Source of the DNA: Chiloscyllium plagiosum
Lineage: Eukaryota
Assembly: GCF_004010195.1 (NCBI RefSeq)
Contig: NC_057718.1
Coordinates: 35,249,777-35,313,776, forward strand
Length of the DNA: 64,000 bases
Direction: 5' to 3'
The position numbers were made by a program, and so were the translations under genes. How positions within the stretch are numbered: the stretch's first letter is position 1; every line of letters begins with the position of its first letter. The notes below the pieces were generated by a model. It saw nothing but the letters and a program-made list of their open reading frames with translations. It did no database searches and was not told where the DNA came from. Below, piece by piece: positions 12,307 to 25,129 of the stretch.

Positions 12307-13576
12307 CACCTATTTTGCCAAAAAGACATAGTTCCAATTGTATAGAAATGATGATTGTCAGCAGTGGGGCACAGTGCACATTGAGAGCAGTTTCATTTCA
12401 TCCTGTAACTAAAGGAAACATATTAATGGGTTAACAAATATCTGTCCCAGGTAAATGGACCAGATTTGGCAGGCAAAACTATAATGGGGCTTTGGGTGGG
12501 TTTTAGAAAGGAGATTCTTCAGGTGCAATTGAGATATTTCTCAAGAGAGGAAGCAAAGACAAAGTTTCTTGGATAATTAAAAAGATAAAGAGTAAGATAA
12601 AGCAGAATATGAATGTGTACAATAAATCTCTTGATAACATCTGTCAAATTTTTATAACTCTGCTAATTGGTGAATTCTAGGCAGGATTCTTACTTTGCTG
12701 GACAGGACCTCTTCTATTTCTGACCTCTTTGTCTCTCAGGCTACTCTCAAAAACATCTTATTATTTGTATTTTTTAACACGATTTCTTTAATAATATATA
12801 ATTCAGAAAGCAAGTTATAATGGAAATGAAAGAGGTAAAGAAAGAGTATAAGAGGTTAGCATAAAGGATAATCCAAAAATCTTCCATAGGTAAATAAGAA
12901 TAAAGGGATTATAAAAGGAGTAGTCGAGGCTGACTATGCACCAAAAAAGGGATCCAAACAAAGAGACAAAGTAAATGCCTGAAGTACGAAATGAATGCTT
13001 TATATTTGTTTTTAGCAAGCAAGAAGATACCATCAATCAAAGTTGAATGGGAAATTGATGAAAAGTAAAAAACTGGCTGCATTTTAAGTCAATAGGTTAA
13101 TAGGACTGGATAGGATGCATCCAAGGTTATTAAGGGAAAAGCCATGGAAACTGGCCTTCGATGCATTGCTAGCACTGGATAACCCAAGAATTACAGTATT
13201 GTTCAAAAATAAAATATGTGATGATGCATACAATAACACAAGACAGTCTGTTTACCTTCTGTGGTTGAAAAGCTTTTAGAAGTCGTAACCTGGGACAAAA
13301 TTGAGTTAATGAGACAAATATAGGCTAGTTAAGGAAAGCTAACACAGATTTGTTAAAGGCAAATTGTATTTAACTACCCTGACTGAGTACTTTGATGCAG
13401 TATCAGAGAGGGTTGACTTGTGTCATGCAGTGGATGTTCCATACAGAGACTTCAAAAGGCATTTGATAAAATGCTGCTAAAAAGGCTTGTCAGCAAAGTT
13501 CTCAATCACAGAACAAAGGGAGCATAGTGGCATGGCTTCAAAATTGGTGGAGTAACAGGAAACGTAGCATAGTTGG

Positions 13577-15122
13577 AGTCATAGAGTCCTAGAGATGTAC
13601 GGCATGGAAACAGACCCTTCGGTCCAACCTGTCCATGCTGACCAGATATCCTAACCCAATCTAGTCCCACCTGCCAGCACCCAGCACATATCCCGCCAAA
13701 CCCTTCTTATTCATATACCCATCCAAATGCCTCTTAAAAGTTGCAATTGTACCAGACTCCACCACATCCTCTGGCAGCTCATTCCATACACGTACCACCC
13801 TCTGCATGAAAAAGTTGCCCTTTCGATCTCTTTTATATCTTTCCCCTCTTGCCCTAAACCTATGCCCTCTAGTTCTGGACTCCCCGACCCCAGGGAAAAG
13901 ACTTTGTCTATTTATCTTATCCATGCCCCTCATAATTTTGTAAACCTCTATAAGGTCACCCCTCAGCCTTCGACACCCCATGGAAAACAGCCTCAGCCTG
14001 TTCAGCCTCTCGCTATAGCTCAAATCCTCCAATCCTGGCAACATCCTTGTAAATCTTTTCTGAACCCTTGCAAGTTTCACAACGTCTTTCTGATAGGAAG
14101 GAGACCAGAATTGTATGCAATATTCCAACAGTGGCCTAACCAATGTCCTGTTACAGCCGCAACATGACCTCCCAACCCTTGTACTCAATACTCTGACCAA
14201 TAAAGAAAAGCATACAAAACGCCTTCTTCACTATCCTGTCTACCTGCAACTCCACTTTCAAGGAACTATGAACCTGCACTCCAAGGTCTTTTTGTTCAGC
14301 AACATTCCCTAGGACCTTACCATTAAGTGTATAAGTCCTGCTAAGATTTGCTTTCACAAAATGCAGCACCTCGCATTTATCTGAATTAAACTCCATCTGC
14401 CACTTCTCAGCCCATTGGCCCATCTGGTCCAGATCCTGTTGTAATCTGAAGTAACCCTCTTCGCTGTCCATACACCTCCAATTTTGGTGTCATCGGCAAA
14501 CTTACTAACTATACCTCTTATGCTCACATCCAAATCATTTAAGTAAATGACAAAAAGTATAGGACCCAGCACCGATCCTTGTGGCACTCCACTGGTCACA
14601 GGCCTCCAGTCTGAAAAACAACCCTCCACCACCACCCTCTGCCCTCTACCTTTGAGCCAGTTCTGTATCCAAATGGCTAGTTCTCCCTGTATTCCATGAG
14701 ATCTAACCTTGCTAATCAGTCTCCCATGGGGAACCTTGTCGAACGCCTTAATGAAGTCCATATAGATCACATCTGCTGCCCTACCCTCATCAATCCTCTT
14801 TGTTACTTCTTCAAAAACCTCAATCAAGTTTGTGAGACATGATTTCCCACGCACAAAGCCATGTTGACTATCCCTAATCAGTCCTTGCCTTTCCAAATAC
14901 ATGTACATCCTGTCCCTCAGGATTCCCTCCAACAACTTGACCACCACCGAGGTCAGGCTCACTGGTCTATAGTTCCCTGGCTTGTCTTTGCTGCCCTTCT
15001 TAAACAGTGGCACCACGTTTGCCAACCTCCAGGCTTCTGTCACCTCACCTGTGACTATTGATGATACAAATATCTCAGCAAGAGGCCCAGCATCACTTCT
15101 CTAGCTTCCCACAGAGTTCTCA
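13577..15122 (-). mobile_element. CR1/HER1-like LINE, 5'-truncated, RT domain with frameshifts
   Basis: ORFs 14354-15043 ([41 protein letters not shown]), 14151-14471 and 13661-14200; 3' tail (gagtcata)n. Confidence 0.95.
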
Positions 15123-15285
15123 GGTTGTAAACAGTTGTAAACAATGCAGTTGTAAACAATTGCTTTCCAAACTGGAGGAAAGCATACAGTGGGACTTAAC
15201 AGAGGTCAATATTAGATTATTACTTTGATCGACCTTCATTAATGGCCCATTCATGGATGTACAAGGTATATTTTCAAATTTTGCC

Positions 15286-15499
15286 TGTAGTGATTGTAAC
15301 AAGGCCAGCCATGTGGGCTTCATATAACACCAGTTCCCTGCCTGTGAATGTTAACCTGGTCCAATCAGGAAGTCCTGGCTGACAGATATAATAGGTGTCT
15401 CTGAGGGTTTGCTCACTCTGAGAGCTGGCTCTGGGGGAGCTGGATCAGTTTCAAGGACTCTCCACATGATGGAATGCCAGCCTCTGTGGAGTTATTTCA
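15286..15499 (+). mobile_element. Solo LTR (same family as 9177-9405)
   Basis: TG...CA termini, gatatataa, shared cactctgagagctg and ctgtggagttatttca; 5-bp TSD ttgcc/ttgtc. Confidence 0.8.
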
Positions 15500-16947
15500 T
15501 TGTCACAGACAGCAAAGTTGCAAGTATATAGACTTTCATAGGACATAGAGAGGCCAGTGGATTGGGTGGACAAGTGACAGATGAAATTTGATGCAAAAAG
15601 ATGAAAAGTGATACATTTTTGGAGCAATTACAAGGAAAGTTAATGCAACTTCAAGTGTACAATTCTAAAAGGTACAGAAACTCGGAAGTACATGGACACA
15701 CACCATTGAAGGCTTACAGGGCAGGTTGAGAAACTGGTTAAAAAGATATACAAGATACTGGGTTACATGACTTGTGGAACAGAGTACAAAAGCACGGAAG
15801 AGATCCTTTTCCGTTTACAGCACTGTTCCCAGGAACTAAGCATCTTCAAACATGTTGATAAATTGAAGAATCTGTGACTATTCTCCTTCTAAATGAGTAA
15901 GTTATGAATATATTTCATCGATGGGCTCAAAATCATGAGGCATCTGGAAGAATAGCTGAGAAAAGCTGTTCCTGGCAATACAAAGGAAAAAAAGAAATAG
16001 ACAGTACCTAGTTAGCGTCTGAAATCCACTGCCTGAAAATTTAGTGCAAGGAGATTCAATCACGACTTTCAAAAGGGGATTGGATAATTATCTGAAGAGA
16101 AAAGAAAATTGGAGGGCTTCAGGGAAGGGCAGAGGACTGGCTGATTTGATCTGCAGAGAACTAGGACAGTTGCAACAGGCCAAATGGCTTCCTTCTCTGC
16201 AGTAACCATTCCAAGAATCTCTCCTATCAGAGCAGGCACTGTAAGCTGTAGTGGTGCCCATTATTCTACTCTAGTGGTATAGGTGTCTTTGTATAGAATG
16301 CAGGGACAACATCTGAAGTAACTAGTGGAAACATGCTACTGTTAGCTATAACAGTGGAACTGTTTAAAATTATCAAGAGGGATAAAGGAACCTAGAGGTT
16401 ATTTTAAATAAGCACGCTTGTGTGCCTATGCTTACAATAGTGTGTTTTTCCGATTCTTCTCAGTATGCAAAGCAGTTAAATAGGCCATAATTTCAGCAAC
16501 TCTCAGTTAAACAGGAGTACAGCTGTTTGAGAAATGCATTCATATATAGTATGTTAATAGATTTTGAAGACATTGAAGACATAGTTTGAAATTCATAACA
16601 ATGTTATTCATGAATAGTACATATTCAGCATCAAAGTTCAGGGCAAAGAGAGAGACTATTGATAATTATGTGATGGAACCAATGCATCTCACTGAAATCT
16701 GTGAGTTTGGATGACTGAAAAATTATTTTATTGGAGCGGCATAAGAGATCCCACCGTGAGAGAAAAGAAACACAGTCTCAAGAAATTTATTAACATGAAC
16801 AGCAGTGCGGAGCTTGCTATCCCTCAGCTAGAGTGTATCAATAGTACAACAGAAGAAGCATTCCAATATGTTGAGTGACATTCCCAAAGAGAACAACATT
16901 TTGGAAAAAAAAACAGAAGAAATATTTGTAGAAAAGCTGGCAGAAAG

Positions 16948-17293
16948 ATGGGTGGCATAGTGGCTCAATGGTTAACAGTGCTGCCTCACAGTGCCAGGGA
17001 CTCAGGTTTAGTTCCATTATTCGGCAACTGTGTGGTGTTTGCACATTCTTCCCGTGTCTGTGTGAGTTTCCTCTGGGTGCTCCAGTTTCCTCCCACTGTC
17101 CAAAGACAGTGTAGGTTAGATGGATTAGCCATGCTAAATTGCCCATTTTTTCACAGGGATGTGAAATAGCCATGGGAAATACAGGGTTACAAGGATAGGG
17201 GAGGGGGATGGGTCTGGCAGGAATGTTCTTCAGGAGGTTTGGTGGTGACTAAATGGGCCAAATGGCTTGCTTCCAAGATGGAGTGATTCTATG
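16948..17293 (+). mobile_element. HE1-type SINE
   Basis: ggtggcatagtggctcaatggttaacagtgctgcctcacagtgccaggg...gattctatga. Confidence 0.85.
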
Positions 17294-17499
17294 AAAGATC
17301 AAGGCCAGAATATAGGATATAATTATAGAGGACACTACTCAGCAGAAAGCATGTCCAACATGGGAAAAGTTGTGCTCTATTTGCAAGAAGCAAAATCACT
17401 TTGTACACAAATATTTAGCTAGAATAAAGTAAAGACAGCTTAAAGATGTGTCTGCTCAAATGATGTCAACTGATGATTCTGATTAATTACTCTATACAC

Positions 17500-17843
17500 C
17501 TAGTGGTATTATTGCTAGACTGTTAATCCAGAGACCCAGGTAGTGTTCTGGGAACCTGGGTTCAAATCCCACCATGGTAGATGGTAGAATTTGAATTCAA
17601 TGTAAATCTCTAATTACAAGTCAAATAATAACCATGAATCCATTGTCGATTGTCAGAAACACCAATCTGGTTCACTAATGTCCTTTCGAGAAGGAATCTG
17701 TCATCATTATTTGGTCTGGCCTAGGTGTGACTCCAGACCCACAGCAGTGTGGTTGACTCTTAACTGTTTGCTGGCAGTTAGGGATGGGCAATAAATGTTG
17801 GCCTAGCCAGTGAAACCCTTATCCCATGAATGAATTAAAAAAA
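17500..17843 (+). mobile_element. tRNA-derived SINE, second family
   Basis: tagtggtattattgctagact..gggttcaaatccc (B box)..3' tail shared with the L2-like LINE (gatgggcaataaatgttggcctagccagtg..tcccatgaatgaattaaaaaaa). Confidence 0.8.
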
Positions 17844-20549
17844 CTTACGACAGTGATAAAGGTGATAAATATTTTGTGACAGTTAGTATAATAACAGCAG
17901 AGGATAAGCATCAAATGAATATAAAGTGTCAGAAAGACATTGGTGCCTTCTGCCAGAACAGGAGCTTTGCAAAACTGCGTGAAGTAGCTCAAGGTTATCT
18001 AAAAATGAAGCCCGCAAAGATAAAGTGGAAGCTATAAAACAGAACAATATTTATCCCAATAGGACAATTGAAGCTAAAAGCCCAATATGTCAGCTAAGTT
18101 TACTCTAAAGCTTAGAGTGGTGACCCTACATGTGCCAGGAGTGTTTTGCAGTATTTCACATGTTACTAAACCATTGACTATCAAGCAGATCATAAAATAT
18201 TACAAAGGTGTTTATATTGATGTCGGTGTCTTCCTGGAGAATATTATCTCAAAGTGGAGCTCCATGAGAGATCAACTCAACATCTGCCAAGGAATGTTTC
18301 AGCTGCCCTCAAGTCCAACCAAAAGGACAAGATAGAAGAAGTGGAAAAGAAGTGAGTAATCAAGAAAGCAACAACTCTCACATTGTAGCTGTGAAAAGAA
18401 ATGTGGAAGACATGGAGTATGTAAAGATCAAAAATCTAGAAAGCTGAGTATGTAAAGATCAAAAGAATCTCAAAACTTTGAAGAGATAATACTAGCTCAT
18501 GACAACCAATGAAGAGATTTTGTCAAGTTTGCCACAACAAAAGGTCTTTCAATCCTCAAAGCAATGGCTAGTTACTGGGAAGTGCAGCTGGATGAATGCA
18601 ACAGATTTCTAATGACATTGTAGACAACATTCAGATAGTTACACAGGCAGCTTAACATTTCAACTGTTCCCAAAGATAATCAACGTGAGCAACACAAGAT
18701 AGTCAGTGGCCTTCCCAAATTGAAAGATATTGGGGATGATCTGCTGGTGGATTGATTTGGAAACATAATGGAACAAGTCATCACAGACCACAATCAGAAT
18801 CTAATGTGTCTGCTAGAAAGATCTTGCCAAAAGAACCTGAAGCTAAGCAAAAAGAAGATACAATTGAAGATGCCTGAAGTCAAATACAAAGGTCATGTAC
18901 TGTCAGTGAAAGGTCTTTATCCAGATTCTGAGAGCTATAGTGGAGATACAACAGCCAGCAGATATCAAAGCAATGCAATTGCTATTGGAATTTGTGGACT
19001 ATCTACCTAATCCTTGCCTAATTTGTCATCACAGTGTGAACCTTTATGCATAAATCACTGCAAAGGATTTGCAGCACTGTTGGGCAGAGAACAAGAAGCA
19101 ACCTTCATTCAAAGTGAAAAAAATTAACAGCCGCAGCTTGACACATTCTGAAAGGCATTAACCCTGCAGAAGTCGTGAATCTGAAAGACAACCTGTGATC
19201 ACACACTCACCATGAGCATAGCATTCCCCAGGGAAAGAAGCTCACCTCAGGAATAAACAGATACCAGATCAACAAACAGGAAGCTGTATTCATGTCATTC
19301 ATGTAATGAATAAAATGTATGTGCAGAAACTGATGAAAAAATGACATTAATTAGAATTATCGGTTTTGTTAATGAGTGATATTTTTCTTTGTTGACCATG
19401 TTTATTGGATAGCTTGTAATTCCATTGATGGCGCGTGCAAAGTTTATTTTATGGCTTACTGCAGTCATGTGACCTCTACCTCTGCTGTAAGTTGCTTTCA
19501 TATAAAATGGGTCGCCTTTAAACATAGAAACAACAATTAAAATTGGTCATGTGCCAGCATTGTAGAAAGCAAGTGCACAGTTTTCCATCCCCTCACTCCT
19601 CTGCTTGTATTTGGAAAATACAACATTGGAAAAGTGGCCAATCAGATTGTGATCAATGTACAGTATGCCTCCATCTGGAGCTAAAGATGTAGCAAGAAAG
19701 CTAGATTCTCCTCTGGAAGGTCACTAGCTAAATCTTCTCCGTCATATTCCCAATATTCAAAAACATCTATCAGGAACAGAAGGCAGAATAAGATTAGAGT
19801 GGTGCTGGAAAAGCACAGCAGGTACCTAGAATAAAGTCGAGGCCAAGCCTTAATCATCATCAATATCTTACCTAAAGCCTGCCAAAGGTGGTGATCAGGG
19901 TCTTCAGTCAACAATAACTATTATAGATGGAACCTCTTCCATAAACAGGCTGTGGGGGACCTAGCCAGGAAATTGTCTCAATTCTTAAGTCATTACTACC
20001 TCCAACATATTCACAGCTGCACCAACAAAACTGGACCACTAATGCATTCTACTAGAAGGAGCATACTAATTAAACAATAGCCAATGCAATAACTATACAA
20101 TAGTAAAATATGTATAAAACTGTTAGATCAATCTAATAATAAGTATTAATAAGGATTTTCCTGTATAAAATCATTGCAAATACAATTATTTTTAATATCA
20201 CTGTTTTCATTAAATCCTTCAGGCTTGAAAAGCGATAGATTATTTTCTACTCATCAATTTGTTATACTTTCACACAGTGTTCTTTTCTACTTATCAAAAT
20301 CTGCAATAAATCAGCTTGCTGTGAGTCTACATTAGGACTATGTGTATGTACAGTTAGTTAGTTACAGGTGCTGAATTCTTCAGGCCAGCAGTTTTCTAAG
20401 TGTGTAAGCTTTTGTAAAGTGTGCCATTAACAATGTGAATATGCAGTAAGTTGACAGCATGTGAAGTTTAAATTGTTGCACACAAATGCATTGTGACATA
20501 TGAATTGCTGCTGAATCACAGTAAAAGCTGGGTGAAATCAATGATATTC

Positions 20550-22050
20550 CTGGTGGGCAAGTTGTTGAAGGGAATCCTGAGGGACAGCATTTACATGTAT
20601 TTGGAAAGACAAGGACTGATTAGGGATAGTCAACATGGCTTTATGCATGGGAAATCATGTGCCACAAACTTGATTAAGTTTTTTGAAGAAGTACCAAAGA
20701 GGGTTGATGAGGGCAGAGAAGTAGATGTGATCTATATGGACTTCATTAGTAAGGTGTTCGACAAGGTCCCCATGGGAGAAAGTGAGGACTGCAGATGCTG
20801 GAGATCAGAGCTGATAATGTGTTGCTGGAAAAGCGCAGCAGGTCAGGCAGCATCCAGGGAACAGGAGAATCGACGTTTCGGGCATAAGCCCTTCTTCAGG
20901 TCCCCATGGGAGACTGGTTAGCAAGGTTAGGTCTCATAGAATACAGGGAGAACTAGCCATTTGGATATAGAATTGGCTCAAAGGTAGAAGACAGAGGGTT
21001 GTGGTGGAGGGTTGTTTTTCAGACTGAAGGCCTGTGACCAGTGGAGTGCCACAAGGATCGGTGCTGGGTCTACTATTTTTCGTCATTTATATAAATGATT
21101 TGCATGTGAGCATAAGAGATATAGTTAGTAAGTTTGCAGATGACACCAAAATTGGAGGTGTAGTGAACAGCGAAGAGGGTTACCTCAGATTACAACAAGG
21201 TCTTGATCAGATGGGCCAATGGGCTGAGAAGTGACAGATGGAGTTTAATTTAGATAAATTTGAGGTGTTGCATTTTGGGCAAGCAAATCTTAGCAGGACT
21301 TATACACTTAAGGTAAGGTCCTTGGGAGTGTTACTGGACAAAGAGACCTTAAAGTGCAGGTTCATAGCTCCTTGAAAGTGGAATTGCAGGTAGATAGGAT
21401 AGTGAAGAAGACATTTGGTATACTTTCCTTTAGTGGTCAGTGTATTGAGTACAGGAGTTGGGAGGTCATGTTGCAGCTGTACAGGGCATTGGTTATATTG
21501 TGTGGAATATTGTTAGAATATTGCATACAATTCAGGTCTCCTTCCTTATGGAAAGATGTTGTGAAACCTGAAAGGGTTCAGAAAAGATTTACAAGGATAT
21601 TGCCAGAGTTGGAGGATTTGAGCTATAGGGAGAGGTTGAATAGGCTAGGGCTGTTTTCTCTGGAGCATTAGAGGCTGAGAGGTGACCTTATGGAGGTTTA
21701 TAAATTCATGAGGACCATGGATAGGATGAATAGACTAAGTCTTTTCCCTGGAGTGGGCGAGTCCAGAACTAGTGGGCACAGGTTTAAGGCGAGAGGGGAA
21801 AGGTATAAAAGAGACCTAAGGGGCAACTTTTTCATATAGAGGGTGGTACGTGTATGGAATGAGCTGCCAGAGGAAGTGTTGGAGGCTAGTACAATTGCAA
21901 CATTTAAAAGGCATTTGGATGGGTATATGAATAGGATGGGCCAGGTGCTGGCAGATGGGACTAGATTGGGTTGTGATATCTGGTTGGCATGGATGAGTTG
22001 GACCAAAGTGTCTGTTTCCATGCTGTACATCTCTATGACTCCATGACTCT
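20550..22050 (+). mobile_element. CR1/HER1-like LINE, 5'-truncated, same subfamily as 13577-15122
   Basis: ORFs 20493-20921, 21034-21234 ([13 protein letters not shown]), 21354-21671 and 21843-22046; (ctatgact)n tail. Confidence 0.95.
20780..20897 (-). mobile_element. PLE-derived mini-insert carrying a hammerhead motif (core 20872-20899)
   Basis: Interrupts the CR1 at FDKVP/HGRL. 16-bp TSD aggtccccatgggaga (20764-20779 / 20898-20913). Core CTGAAGA-A-GGGC-TTAT-GCCC-GAA-ACGT-C. Confidence 0.9.
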
Positions 22051-23679
22051 ATATTGAAATTCAGATCATATTGAAGTACATTAAGATTCACTCGTGCCTG
22101 CGAATAAATATTTTACTTAATTTTTCCAAATTCTATATATTTACTTGTACTACAGTGTTTGGTTCTCCCAACAAAGGAATAATTTTACTGCAATTATCTA
22201 AATAAAAGCCTATCAATATTCCCTGTCTCGGTTCATATTTCAAGAAGTCCTGGATATGAACTGGATGTTGAAGAAAAAAGATTTTTCTGGAATAAACAGG
22301 AATTGTGGATTAGTAAATTATTCCTTACTATTGAATATGGATCATTATTTCCCTTATTCCATTCATGCATGTTGAATTTAACTGTACTTTTATGCATTAT
22401 TTGAACAATCGATGGTAAATTGGGATCAAACTATTAAACAATTCACTGAACCCAAACATATTGTGGACTCCTCCTCATTACTCTCCCATTTCAAAATGTC
22501 CAGACAAACATTCAGTTCCAGTTGGGTTGGCAAGTTAATCTACAGGTAAGTACCTGCACAATTGAAGCAAGATAAATTCACCCGTGTTAGCTTTACTTCT
22601 ACCTCTGATGGAATGAATCACGTTGACACGGGGTTCACCTGACGATGAAAGAGTTATGTAAGGGGATTTAAACAGCAAACAGGTCACAGTTCTTGAACTA
22701 ATTTGCTGCTTGGGTGAGAATTGTTCAACATTTTCACTTTATGAATTGCTTAGGCAGCTATACCCCTGAACACTGGAAGGAAAGGGAGTCTGGTTCATGT
22801 TGGAGGTGCAAGACTGCATACTTTTCCTTATAGATGCTGATTTTACTATTGGCAACGAAAAGGTAACTTGATGTTGCTTCAGTCCCCACAGTGTGAGCTT
22901 CCAGTTGACTGTCATATTAATTATGCACGTCACTCCAATTGCAGTTTCTCCATGTTCAACTGCCAACACTGTTCCAAAGAAACTTAACATTTGAAGAAGA
23001 GTATCCCATCTTTCAATTTCCTCATGAAGTTCATATTTAACATTATAGCTTATCTCATATCCACTCTTCCCAAGTAGTAGCTGTATTATACTGTTGTTTG
23101 ACATTTATAACTCTTCTAGACACATTTTTTGTTTCTTTTTATTTATTTTTGACTGGCACCATTGTTTTTATTGGTGTTTAAGCACTTGTGCCTCCCACTC
23201 CAGTACAGATCTTTCTTTTGTTTGTGTCCTTTTCTCACACTGCCATTAACTACCTCAAATGTTGGTCTGCACGTCAATCTGGAAGAGTGTGTGAGTTTGG
23301 GTGTGTGTGAGAACTAAAACTTATGAATTTGACAGCCTGTCGGGAAGTTGGCTTCAACTTATTTACTCTCTATTCAACTAAAACATGTGCCAATACAGGA
23401 AAGTATTCTACAAACACTTAAGTAAAACAATATTAACTTACTAGGTAGAATTGAATGCTCCCTCAGAGATGAGTCTGGAGGCTGAGGGCATAAATCAGGT
23501 CAGAGGGAGCCATCGTCTTTATAGTTCAGGAACAGAAGGCCTATGGAGGAATGGGGCTCCTGAAAGCTACCCACCTGCTTTTACCTGAGATCACCCTTCC
23601 CTTAACTCTCCCAATCTGACCACTGCTCAAAGCACATTCTACCCTCTCTCATACCTCACACATTGGAAGATGGCCATGG

Positions 23680-23985
23680 TTTTTGGAGGTCAGTCAGCTC
23701 AGCTCCAGGGTGTCTCTGCATGAGTTCCTCAGGGCAGTGTCCTAGGCCCAACCATCATCAGCTGCTTCAGTGATGACCTTCCCTCCATCATAAGGTCAGA
23801 AGTGGGGATATTCGCTGATGATTGCACAATTTTCAGTACTATTCACGACTCCTCAGATACGAAGCAGTCCATATTCAAATGGACAATATCTGTACTTCGC
23901 CTGATAAGTGGCAAGTAACATTTGCACCATGCTATGGCCATCAATAAAAAACAATGTAACCACCACTCCTTGACATTCAATGCTG
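23680..23985 (+). mobile_element. L2/Crack-like LINE RT fragment
   Basis: [35 protein letters not shown]. Confidence 0.8.
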
Positions 23986-24776
23986 CCAGGGATATGTGGC
24001 AAAACATGTGGCGAAAAGGGGGTCATACGGGCTGGGTGTTTCATCCACAGTCAGGAGCACGCTAGCTTCAAGGTTGTGGGACACACTGCATGACCACACT
24101 TGGTATGGTCACCTCATATGTCAGGGGCTAGTGGGTGAAGACTGTTATGAACAGGTTGACTGGGAACCTGGGGAGATCCGAAGTGTATGGAGTTTACGGG
24201 AAGGGCTACCAGGAAAGGGATTTGGATATTTGGGGGCCTCACTGACACATTGAAGTGAAGACTGCAAACCATTGGCTGAGTAGCTTTCACTGTTGCCATC
24301 CATAGTGCTTGAAACTGGAACTACACAATGGAAGAAAACAGCAGTGACCACCCTTGGAGTGGCCAGGGTAAGTGACTCAAATTGTGAGGTGAGGGTGGGG
24401 TGAGAGGGGTGGTTGTCGACAGGAAGGATGCTGTAAGACTCACTTAGTGAAGACTTTTAAAGAGAAAGAACATTGTACACAGACCCATACTATGTACAGG
24501 ACACAAGTCCATGGAGTCCCTGTTCTATGGCCATCCTAATGCATTGCCCCCATCTTTATATTGCACCTCCATGCCTCCAACTAGTTGTGTTATGAACTAT
24601 TTCACGTCTATAATTTAGACACAGAGACTGTAAATATACGTGGATATTGTACACAGAGAGTCAGAACTGTCAGTAGCACCCATAGCTTGAATACATCATC
24701 ATCCTCTTGTTTCCAGATGATGCAGCAAATTCTCAGCACAGAACTCCAAGTATGGAACACCATTAGTGGGTAGGAA

Positions 24777-24942
24777 TGATGTGGAGGTGTAGGTATTAGA
24801 CTGAGGTGGACAAAGTTAAAAAACACACACAACACCAGGTTGTAATCCAACAGGTTTATTTGGAATTACAAGCTTTCGGATCACTGCTCCTTCGTCAGAT
24901 AGCTAGTGGAGCAGGATCATAGGACACAGAATTTATAGCAAA
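24777..24942 (-). mobile_element. pLTR fragment of a second PLE family with hammerhead motif (core 24870-24898)
   Basis: Minus strand CTGACGA-A-GGAGC-AGT-GATCC-GAA-AGCT-T. Degenerate TSD agtgggtaggaa (24765-24776) / agtgagtatgaa (24943-24954). PLE assignment is inferred from the motif and architecture. Confidence 0.65.
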
Positions 24943-25129
24943 AGTGAGTATGAAGATATGCCTTATGCTGTAACAATGATGGTCAGGACTACATATGGAG
25001 ACAAACAACTAAGTGTAAGATTAAAGCACAACATTTATATAACAGTGCAAATGCACATATCCATGCCACCAAAGTGCCTTCAAATTTCTAGCTTTCCAGC
25101 TGTTCACCAAGATTCTTGATGCCTGTGTT

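Larger units (their letters stand above)
12790..16210 (+). mobile_element. Old, decayed CR1 LINE (ORF2) hosting a younger CR1 and a solo LTR
   Basis: Degenerate CR1 RT text (gttaaggaaagctaacacagatttgttaaaggc; gacttcaaaaggcatttgataaa) continues after 15125 to a 3' tail near 16200. Confidence 0.65.
16560..19130 (+). mobile_element. Decayed Ty3/Gypsy internal region (gag, zinc knuckle, protease, RT), interrupted by two SINEs
   Basis: Gag-like DNYVMEPMHLTEICEFG*LK (16661 on); zinc-knuckle remnant ~17350-17410; RT-like DHNQNLMCLLERSCQKNLKLSKKKIQLKMPEVKYKGHVLSVKGLYPD (18768-18930). Confidence 0.75.

Noticed and set aside
9177..15499. The two LTRs as ends of one 6.3-kb provirus
   Set aside because: Each has its own TSD and no gag/pol lies between them.
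18415..18463. 19-bp duplication gagtatgtaaagatcaaaa
   Set aside because: Local duplication inside the dead Gypsy RT; no array structure.
20273..20305. CACAGTG heptamers as V(D)J recombination signals
   Set aside because: No properly spaced nonamer and no Ig/TCR segments nearby.
22739..23104. 121-aa minus-strand ORF
   Set aside because: No recognisable domain or supporting splice structure; consistent with a chance ORF.
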